Source of the DNA: Phoronis australis
Lineage: Eukaryota > Animalia > Phoronida
Assembly: GCA_002633005.1 (NCBI GenBank)
Contig: NMRA01000192.1
Span: 141,279 to 205,278 of the forward strand
Direction: 5' to 3'
DNA: 64,000 nucleotides
Part shown: positions 12,645 to 23,312 of the stretch, one piece after another
Numbering within the stretch: the first letter of the stretch is position 1
Layout: each line of letters starts with the position of its first letter
Notes under the pieces: model-generated
The model's database searches: none
What the model saw: only the letters and a program-made list of their open reading frames with translations
Told to the model about the DNA's origin: nothing
Position numbers and translations under genes: made by a program

Positions 12645-15600
12645 AGTCCTTCTCCCAAACTGCCCATGTGTTTCCAGTATACGAAAATACTTACTACATA
12701 AAATCATATTTTCGACACCCTTTCTTTATATTCTTTTCGCCTTTCTTGCGAAAAGCGATTTTTGAACAGTATTTGACCCTTCTCTCTGAGCGTATGATTA
12801 CCGGTTGTCATCGGTTATTTCCGTACCCACATTTCCGGCTCATCAGTTCAGGAACTTGTCCTGAAAGCCGCCATTTTTTCCTTGTAAATGAATGTGCTAT
12901 CGCTTGCTCGAAAGTCTTCATTATTTTGTTTTGTTAGTAATATCTCGTGATTCGCTTGCATATGTAGTGTATTTATAGTTTGTAGTTAGTGGTCGTTGAT
13001 GTTTTTTGGAATGTTACGCGTACTTAGTATGTTAAAATATCATTGGTGTTTAGTTCCTTACGTGGGCCGGTCGAACCTAGGAACCAATATGGGTCGAACC
13101 AATTTTTTTCGTTTTGATTTTTTTCTCGTTTTGAAAAAGTACTTTGCTATCATCGGAAAGGTAGTGGATTCTACTCAGCAAAAATCGAAAAAGTATCAAA
13201 ATCGGGGCAAGAAGTGTAAAGTTATTGCAAGTTTTGTGGCGAAATTTGGGTCACTTTGTTTGGATCGCGTCGGCCATATTGGAGAACAGCGGTATAAGTT
13301 ACGAGTTTAAAACATTGTGAAAATTGTTTTTGCCAACGAATTACGGTGAAATTTAGTTAGACATCTGTTTACTTACTATTCTGCACGATTCAACAGTGTT
13401 CACCAAATTTCAGCCTCGCAGTTGTTACTCATTAAGTGATAAATGTGCTCACAATTCCCGTCTCATTTCTGGCGCCACCGACAACATGGCGACATTTGCT
13501 GAACTGAAAGGCATGTTCAATCGGCTACTTTGTAATTTGTGAAGAATTAACGTTGATACATTTTGACAAACGTTGCTACAAAAAAGAAACTTTGTTCAAT
13601 TTTCGTGTTTTTTGTGCAAAATATAAGATGTATTCGAATTATTTTACTGTAAATTTCCCATTCAGGTGATCTTACACTAAGCTAAAAAATAGTTGAAATA
13701 ATTTTGAAATGGTTTTTTGTTTGACTCTCAACTGCTGTTCAAGTCTTGATTCGGTGTCACAAAATGATTCATATTTTCTAAATTTTAAGTCTCAATTGCT
13801 TTCAAGTCATGTTTTGTAACTTATTGCTTCTTAATTCAGGTTATCAATATGAATAATCTTAATTGGAGAAATAAGCTATGTTGGATTGTGAAGCTTCAAG
13901 CCTCTAATTCTTGTTCCTTGCAACTTCATATTTTTTAAATGATGCTTGTCAAATTCTGGTGTAAGGAAACACTATTCCGTCACCATGGTAATAGTTACAT
14001 GTATGTCCACTTTCATATCATGGAAACTGTTGCTGTTGAATAGTGTTTGTAATGCTAAATGTTGTAAAGTATTGTGCATTTTAAGTTACTTATTATGTTA
14101 AAAGTTTGAATCATTTTGTGTTAATGAATAAAAAATGATAACATTTTGTAATGGACTTGTCATACTTATGTGCTGGAATGAGCCCCCTTTTTGGAGAACT
14201 GGAAAAAGGTCTGCCTCAGTCACAGAAGCACGAATTCCGAAAAAAAGTAGAAAGTGAGACAATATTCCACTAGAAGACAGGAAGTACCAAAATTTAGAGT
14301 CTGCAATTCATAGCTCTGAACATACCCACTGAATCTTACAGTAAAAGATAGACATTCCCAAAAATTCCAGCCCCCATTCTTTTAGGCTTGGTGCGCTCAT
14401 ACAAAGTCTGGGAAAATCTCTATTAAAAGCCAACAACTTACTTTGCGCAGTTCGCCAGAAGTACCCAAGTTCTAAATAAACCTCGTTTGAGCGAGCGCTG
14501 TGGCCAGCGACCAATTAGGCCTAAGGGTAGCCTTGGCGCAAAGCTGTATCGGCCTACTAACAAGCTGTATTTTGACGATAGTCTTCACTGGTAGCTGGTG
14601 ACTGAGGCTAACTAAGGTCTGCCCCGGCAGTGTGACACAGGACTAACCAGCCCGTAATTTCATGCAGGTGTCTGAAACTACCCTTGAATATATGCAGCAT
14701 TTATGATTTGACCATTTTACGTCAACAAAACAGCTCGCAACCGCGTGCATTTACCGTTCGCCAGTGTCTGGTCTCGATACGCACCGGGTCCGATAGGCTG
14801 CGGTCCCGAGTCTGGCAAAATAATTTCTGTCAAAATTTATTCGCCACATTTCTTCAGCAAATTCGATAAAATTGTCCGTAGTTTGATTTTATTAAAATTA
14901 AGGCGCGCTTTCGATTATTTTATCCCCGTTTGCAAGCTGGTAACAGGCACTCGTCCATCCACACTGACTGCGTTTTCTTAGCGGCTAGTCTGGGTTCCTG
15001 AATGAATTGTACTTCCGGGTAGGCGGCAAGTTCAAAATGGCGGTGGTTCTTCGGGTGCGAATCGTGAGTGGCGCGTTCATTTTAACTTTTTTCGAGTACG
15101 GATCGTGTACTAGATATAGGGTAGGTACTTCTTGGATCCTTATAACATCCTCTAACCATGTAATAAGGGTTAACACCGCGTGAGAGAAGGACTTTAAGTC
15201 GTGAAAACAACCCGATTTAATAACACAGATCATAAACATGATTTATTGCAATATTCTTGGATATTGCTTATTAGCATATGTACGTTCCCTTTTCTATCAA
15301 GAAACAACCCAAGTCATTTTCAATTCAGATGCCTCGGCGGAAACTCGTCGACAGGATAATCCTGTGTAGTTGTCTGATTCAGAGACAGTCCACTTAGCAT
15401 GGCCGGTGTGGTTACGATCATCGCCAAGTCAGAAGCCGCTCGACCGAATATCTCGCTTATCGGGCGATAATTCTCCAAAAATCCACTCGGGCTCTAGATT
15501 ACGGGAGATAACGACCTCGCCATGTAATAATCTTCATACCACATAATCAGCCTAACACCGCCATTATAACTGTTGACTAACCCATTTTGTTAATCAACGC

Positions 15601-17838
15601 GTGTCAATTAACATTTTGGTGGGAACCCGAGGACGTATTCGAGCACGCTCCACTCAAGTTTCGTGTAACGACAGCGTAGCCTTAAAGACCTGGTCGCACT
15701 CGTTGTTACATGGTTAGAGGATGTTATAAGGATCCAAGAAGTACCCATCCCATAACTAATACACAATCCGTACTCGAAAAAAGTTTAAATGAACGCGCCA
15801 CCCACAATTCAAATCATAAATGCCGCATATATTCAAAGGTAGTTTCAGACACTTGCATGAAATTACGGACTGGTTAGTCCTGTATCACACTGCCGCGGCA
15901 GACCTTAGCTAGCCTCAGTGCCAGCTACCAGTGAAGACTAAATACAGCTTGTTAGTAGGCCTATACAGATTTGCGCCAAGGCTACCCTTAGACCTAACTG
16001 GTCGCTGGCCACAGTGCTCGCTCAAACGAGGTTTATTTAGAACTTGGGTACTTCTGGCGAACTGTGCAAAGTTGATGGCTTTCAATAGAGATTTGCTCAG
16101 ACTTTGTATGAGCGCACCAAGCCTAAAAGAATGGGGGGCTGAAATTTTTGGGAATGTCTATCTTTTACTATAAGATTCACTGGGTATGTTCAGAGCTATG
16201 AATTGAGACGCTAAATTTTGGTACTTCCTGTCTTCTAGTGGAATATTGTCTCATTTTCAACTTTTTTCGGAATTCGTGCTTCTCTAACTGAGGCAGATCT
16301 TTTTCCATTTCTCCAAATAGGAGGCTTGTTCGAGCACATAAGAATGACAAGTCCAATACAAAATGTTATCATTTTTTATTCATTAACCCAAAATGATTCA
16401 AATTTTTAACATAATAAGTAACTTAAAATGCACAATACTGTACAACATTTAGCATTACAAACACTATTCAACAGCAACAGTTTCCATGATATGAAAGTGG
16501 ACATACATGTTACTATTACCATGGTGACGGAATAGTGTTTCCTTACACCAGAATTTGACAAGCATGATTAAAAAAATATGAAGTTGCAAGGAACAAGAAT
16601 TAGAGGCTTGAAGCTTCACAATCCAACATAGCTTATTTCTCCAATTAAGATTATTCATATTGTTGACTTGATAACCTGAATTAAGAAGCAATAAGTTACA
16701 AAACATGACTTGAAAGCAATTAAGACTTAAAATTTAGAAAAATACGAATCATTTCGTGACACCGAATCAAGCCTTGAACAGCAGTTGACAGTCAAACAAA
16801 AAACCATTTCAAAATTATTTCAACTATTTTTTTTAGCTTAGGGTAAGATCACCTGAATGGGAAATTTACAGTAAAATAATTCGAATATATCTTATATTTT
16901 TGCACAAAAACAAGAAAATTGAACAAAGTTCCTTTTTTGTAGCAATGTTTGTCAAAATGTATCAACGTTAAATCTTCACAAATCACAAAGTAGCCGATTG
17001 AACATGCCTTTCAGTTCAGCAAAAGTCGCCATGTTGTTGGTGCCGCCAGAAATGAGACGAAGTCCAACGGGAATTGTGAGCACATTTATCACTTAATGAG
17101 TAACAACTGCGAGGTTGAAATTTGGTGAACACTGTTGAATCGTGCAGAAAAGTAAGTAAAGATATGTCTAAGTAAATTTCACCGTAATTTCTTGGCGAAA
17201 ACAATTTACGCAATGTTTTAAACCCGTTATCCCGCTGTCCTCCAATATGGCCGACTCGATTCAAACAAAGTGACCCAAATTTCGCCACAAAACGTGCAAT
17301 AACTTCACATTGCTTGCCCCGATTTTGATACTTTTTCGATTTTTACTGAGTAGAATCCACTACCTTTCCGACGATAGCAAAGTACTTTTTTAAAACGAGA
17401 AAAAAATCAAAACGAAAAAAAATTGGTTGGACCCATATTGGTTCTTAGGTTCGACCGGCCTACGTAAGGAACTAAACACCAATGCTATTTTAACATACTT
17501 AGTACGCGTAACATTCCAAAAAATTCAACGACCACTAACTACAAACTATAAATACACTACATATGCAAACGAATCACGCGATATTACTAACTAAACAAAA
17601 TAATGAAGACTTTTCGAGCAAGCGATAGCACATTCAGTTACACGGAAAAAATGGCAGAAATGTGGGTACGGAATGACCGATGACAGCCGGTAATTATACG
17701 CTCACAGAGAAGGGTCAAATACTGTTAAAAATCGCTTTTGGCAAGACAGGCGAAAAGAATATAAAGAAAGGGTGTCGAAAATAAGATTTTATGTAGTAAG
17801 TATTTTCGGATACTGGAGCGACATAGGCATTTTGGTCT
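12645..17838. mobile_element. Giant foldback (long inverted repeat) element with ~2.1-2.5-kb arms
   Basis: ~12654-14711 is the reverse complement of ~15809-17835 (high identity by eye), and 15058-15163 pairs with 15706-15808. The left arm has an extra ~350 bp and the loop is ~540 bp. Both outer ends read TTAAAG (12641; 17842 on minus). No long ORF. Confidence 0.85.
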
Positions 17839-17842
17839 TTAA

Positions 17843-18545
17843 CCACTGAGCTATTCAGCAGCTGACGTCGTCTTACGTGAAAATTGAAATTCAATACTTA
17901 AATGAGGACGCGCATGTTCAACAAACCGTATTGTACCGACCTTTATTACGCTGTGAAAATTAAGACGTACAGTTTCAATAAAAACCACATCTTCAGTTCC
18001 GGGGGCGGATCCAGGATTTTGAGTTAGGGAGTTCCAGGGTATGGTAATAGCTAGGATTTTGCCTTCAGACATTCGCACCCCCGAACTGCCAAATGGAATC
18101 TGGGAGAATTTTAGGGGGGGGCATGGCCCCCCTCTATATCCGCCACTGAATTCAGTAAAATTTATCTGGCATTTTCTCTCACTTGTAAATCATCGATCTC
18201 TAGTTTAAATGTGGGTAACATGTCGTCAGGATCTTTGACTTGGATATCATACTCAGTAAGCAGTTACAACCTACTTTAGCAGACGATATTTCCACGATGG
18301 AAGCTTAGTATAAGATGTTTAGTAAGCTAGCCTATTTACTTAAAACTTATTTTATAGATTGACTTTATTTCTATTTTGTTAAAATTTTCAATTTTTTGAG
18401 TAAAAACATTTGACTCGGCGTTTCGTAAAAGGTCACGACCTCCTACCTCGGGCCTCTGACATAGAAAGTAGTTCCAAAGCCGGGGCGAGTCTAGAAAGGC
18501 AGATTAATTCATTGCAATGCTTATTGTTCAGTATGTGGTATAAAT
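17843..18545 (-). mobile_element. Truncated copy of a dispersed element carrying a tRNA-like cassette (inverted relative to 20430-21082)
   Basis: The reverse complement aligns with 20430-20998 (e.g. AAAAGGTCACGACCTCC, AACCTACTTTAGCAGACGATAT, TCTCTCACTTGTAAATCA). It ends in an A-box TAGCTCAGTGG at the foldback boundary. Confidence 0.6.
18000..18148. mobile_element. Short hAT-like MITE nested in the previous element
   Basis: Termini CGGGGGCGGATCC ... TATCCGCCACTG. The segment is absent from the sister copy at ~20840. Confidence 0.55.
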
Positions 18546-20429
18546 AGCATCCGCATGTGGAACTGTGTAGACTGGATGGACGGTAAGGTTCTCAAGCGAG
18601 TGGACTCGAGTGAGTGGTCGTCTCTTACTAGTAATGTACGGAAATCACGGAGTGATACATCTGTGCCCTTGGCGATAATTTCCTGAGATTATAAAGCTTC
18701 GAACTGCTGCCTTAAGGACAATGAGTACCCATTACCGAACACGCGTTATTATTACGCACTGGGCCTAAAGAGCGCTTTTTTAAAATGCTTTAAGAGCTAA
18801 TACATTTCCGCATCATACTGTGCCAAAATGTGAGTGATAATCTTGGTGATATTTTGCCGCTCATTCTTATTTAACCCCTTTTTAAAATTCTCGATTTCAA
18901 AAGTGAATACTGCACAAGAACGGAAGCAGAAATTATGAACATTTTCATGCAAAGCAGCATCAAGTCATTCGAACGACAAAAAGAGTAGACTGGCTTAGAA
19001 TCCAGTAGTATCGGAAACGGAAGACTTAGTTTATATGATGGATTTGTAGACCACTGTTTGCAGTGAAGAAAGCAATGAGAACAACGAAAGAAAATGCTAC
19101 CATGACAAATTCGAAATAATCGATATTTTGCCCCAAGAATTCCGAGATTGGGAAATTATTATTTATGAAGGGTGACTGTTCTTGCGACACTCACTCAGCG
19201 TCTGAGACTATCGGACTCGAGACTGTGTTGTGGCCGTTTACATGTCATGTCACGCTACTGACCTGCACGCATTATGAATTTCAATGCTTTCCAATGTTCT
19301 TGAAGCCGTGAACAACAAATCTCGAGTTCTTAAAAGTAGTGAAGCCGCTCCAATGCATCATAATTCACGGTATTACGCATTCCTTATAAAACTTCTTAAG
19401 GCAGGCTCTCCGAACCCCGCAGGAAAGGAAAATTCTGGCTTTGGTGCTCTCCTTAGGTTACACATGTTATCGTACTTTCATCATCTGTCAAAGAAATCTT
19501 GCTGAAAAGGAGTGATTTTAGAAATGTGATTCATCAATTACAAGCAGAAAATTCAAAAGGCCCTTCTTTGGGGTTATTAACGTTTTAAATGGCCACTGAG
19601 TTCACTAGGTGGTGCCAATGAACAGATTGTGAGCAGAAATCAGATTATGGGGGCGTCTTTGGGCTTGCTTGTGGGCCAGATTACTACCAGAATACAAACG
19701 TTTTTGTGGGCAGGAATGTTGTCTTACTAGTGTCACCTAGCAAATTTCCAGTCGCTGATTGGTATCAGACATTGCCTGTGTTGTATGGTTTAAGAAGTCC
19801 GTAGGCCCCGCGTCATTTATGGGATGACAGTTTGAAAATTAGTGTAATTATCGAATTTATAAGAAACACCACCGTTTTGCCTAAGTTCTTGTTTGAGAGA
19901 TCTTAGAGGTTTATGACAGAATGAAAATGCTTTTAGTGCTTTATTTTGGCTTTTCTTTAAAACAATTGACCTTGAACCTTGGGCATTGACAAAAAAGATT
20001 CAGATCGTAAGTGTACATAAGTTAAGTACAGTATGATGATACATCGGTTTATTGAAATACTATCAATGCACTTAAGAAAGCAACACACCACATTTATTGC
20101 GCAGCTTTCAGTGTCCCAAAAATGAAGATTTCTGTTCATCTAAGCCACTGAGCTAAGCCCATACTTGACAATGATACTCTACACAAAATGAAGGATGTCC
20201 TATATAATGTTCAAGATCACACAATAATAAGATAAAGTAACATTAAAACACAACAATTGCGCTTCACAGGGATACTAGACTGGAATATGCAACACAACAC
20301 ACTACAATAAAATACCGTACAATACATATAGATTATTACATGGCTAACGCCCCTCGGGCGATAATTCTCTAAAATCCACTCGGGCTCTAGGTAACGGGGA
20401 ATAACGACTAAGAACATGTAATAATCTTT

Positions 20430-21082
20430 TAATACCACATACTGAACGAGAAACATTGGAATGAATCGATCTACCTTTCTCGACTCGCCTCGGCTTTGTA
20501 ACTACTTTCTACGTCAGAGGCTCGGGGTCGGAGGTCGTGACCTTTTAAGAAAAGCCGAGATATTTTTGTAAAATAATGCTTTTACTCAAAACCAATTGAA
20601 AAATAAAACAAAATAGAAATAAAGTGAATCTATAAATTAAGGTTTAGCAACTGTTATAGCTTACTACACATTTTATCACGCTAAGCTTCGACCGGGAATA
20701 TATCGTCTGCTAAAGTAGGTTACCACTATTAACTGACTATAATGCTCAAGTCAAAGGATCCCAACCACACGACACCTGCATTCAAATTGGAGATCGGTGA
20801 TTTACAAGTGAGAGAACACGAGAGAAAAATTTCACTGAATTAAAATATCGTTTTTATGGAAATTATGCGTCTTATTTTTCATAGCGTATAATTGTCGGTG
20901 CAATGCCCTTTGCTGAACATGCGATTGTTGCGCGTGCTCATTTAAGTATTCTTTTTTTCACGTTCGGTGACGTCAGCCACTGAGTGGTGTAGTGGTAAAG
21001 TCGGCGACTCGCAACAGTTAAGGCCCGAGTTCGAATCCGGCCTCGGTTTCCCGCCAAAATGTTATCTCACTAGTGAGATAAC
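20430..21082 (+). mobile_element. Non-autonomous element with a degenerate tRNA-like cassette and a 3' terminal palindrome (Helentron/HINE-like or SINE-derived)
   Basis: A-box TGGTGTAGTGG and B-box GAGTTCGAATCC at ~20985-21038. Perfect 22-bp palindrome GTTATCTCACTAGTGAGATAAC at 21061-21082. Sister copy at 17843-18545. Confidence 0.55.
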
Positions 21083-22587
21083 TTTATGGGTTATTACACT
21101 GTTGTATCTGCCATTCGAGGCTAATATTGTGGTATAAAATAGAATACGACGAAAACACATGGCAAGTGTAACAAACTAAGTCACAGGACATGGCATTTGG
21201 ATTAAAAAAATAATCTTCACGAAATTCGGGGGCTCTGTATCCAATCCTCATTTAGTAGCAACTATTGAAAAACTCTGTGCTGGGATTTTTCAAGAGTTTC
21301 TTATAATTTCTTGTATGTACGAAACACTTTGCAATAACTCGGTCTAACTGGTTGGAACAAATTTCCAAGCAATATCTTACGATCAAGGTCTGCAAATATC
21401 ATTTTGGGCTACTACATGTTGCTCTCCCGTTTACCTGATACTGTTGTTTGCTTACCTTAGATGTCGCTGATGTTGCATTGTATCACGTGACATAATTTCG
21501 TTTTTATCGCCATTTTCCTCTGGTGATGGAAGTTGGCTGGCAAATATGCAATTGATTTATATGAATGTTTGTAGTTTTTGTTATCTCTTGGATATGAAGC
21601 CAGTCGGTTAATCCGGACAAATGGAAGTGTTTGTGATTGTGAAAAGACTGCTGAGAAGCTTGTGCAAGCTCATATTTCACGTAAGATACTATCGCGACGG
21701 TAAAAGAGCGTTATTGGTGTACAATGAACATCCTTGACATGACACCATTGCAGTAAATTTTAAAAATAAAGCAACACGTGAGTTGTGGAGCAATCAACAT
21801 GTTACAGCAAAGTGTAAATAGGTCAAGTTAAGCAACTTGCTTCATACAAAGATGTTAACATATAGTAAAGATACTCGACATTTCCATAACTACACAATGA
21901 TAAGTTGTAACAACATTAAAACGTGAATTCCATTGTCGGGAGAACCACAATACAGTATTGAATACAATGCAATTAATACAATACAACAATGAAAATACAA
22001 ACAAGTATGGAAACCGAAATTTGAAAAACACTTTTAAACAGATATGTGAATTGACTTGTTATTGAAGACCGTCCTGGTCTGACGGTTTCACAGATTTGAT
22101 TAATACTCTAACAAACCCCACAGTCTTACACTTGAACTTTTTACAGAACAGCGGCGATGGGGTCAAACTAATGTCACACCTATGAATACACAATGACACA
22201 TTTCCCAGAAAACAGGTCTGCGTAGTGAGGAGATTACAGTTTTAAGAGTCATTTTCTCTTTCTATCGATGGGAATTGCAAAGCTATATTTCTTAAGTCAA
22301 ACATTCCCCTTGTTGACGTTATTTTAGAGTGAATTGCTTTCGCAAACCCTGTATGTTAACAGTTTAAGATCAATGGGCTTTACTCTTTGGTAGATTACGT
22401 TAAAAGGATATTACCTTTGTTAACAAGGCCTGAATTTCTTAATTGATAATTTGTATAGTATAGTTAATGAGAGGCATAAAACGATAGCAAGACCTAATCA
22501 TAATCACGAATGCGTTCGCCACAGATGTGGTTTTTGCACGGAGCTTGAATAATCTTTTTCTACGTTCTACTAGTTACAAAAGCATGC

Positions 22588-22712
22588 CTGGGGTTTTCTT
22601 TTAAGAGCCCTAGGGCTTGGCTGTCGGAAATGAAGACTTCCGTTTTGTTCAAGGAATGTTGACGTCTTCATTTCCGATAGCCAAGCTCTCGGGCTTAAAA
22701 AAGAAAACTCAG
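22588..22712. repeat. ~50-bp-arm inverted repeat (hairpin) with 26-nt loop, downstream of copy B
   Basis: AGCCCTAGGGCTTGGCTGTCGGAAATGAAGAC pairs with GTCTTCATTTCCGATAGCCAAGCTCTCGGGCT, plus flanking GTTTTCTTTT/AAAAGAAAAC. Confidence 0.8.
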
Positions 22713-22756
22713 TTGAATTACGGGTAATATAATATAGAAACAGAATTTCCAAGTCT

Positions 22757-23107
22757 TAAGCAGGAATATTCCGGACCAGGTTTGAACCTGTGCCCTTTGG
22801 GCGCACCTGATGATAAAAAGTTTTGTCTTTTTCAAAAATTTGTGCCCAACACACGTAGTGTAGTTAAAGTGGTAACATACGAAACAGAAACTCCAAAGGC
22901 AAACGAAATAAGAACAGTCATGTTCATACAAAAAGGCAATCAGACTACTGTGGCGGAATAAGAACACACTGGCTGTAAGTTGACTAGAATGTTGCATTTT
23001 TGGAAGAGACTTGCGTCTGGGTAGCGCACTACAGCAATGTACTCGTATCTTTTTATTTTTTAAACGCTAATGGCGCAAAGGCGCGGTCCAGGAATATCCC
23101 TGCTTGT
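22757..23107. mobile_element. ~350-bp element with terminal inverted repeats (MITE/HINE-like)
   Basis: AAGCAGGAATATTCCGGACC ... GGTCCAGGAATATCCCTGCTT. Confidence 0.5.
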
Positions 23108-23312
23108 GTTTGTGGAAATTACAACGATCTCAAGATTTGTGTTAAAAGAAACACAGTAATATGACCGTAAACATTAAAGTATTATTTTTAACACAAAAAT
23201 ACATTGCGAACATCAACGATTTTAACGACATATTTTGGGTCTACTCTTAAATTCTTAAAATGTAAGTTAAGAAATTTTATTCTTTGTAACGAAATGTTTT
23301 AACCAAGAAAGT

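Noticed and set aside
20975-21050. Functional tRNA gene
   Set aside because: The D and anticodon stems do not pair and it is embedded in a dispersed repeat. The same holds for ~37237-37293 and ~57450-57510.
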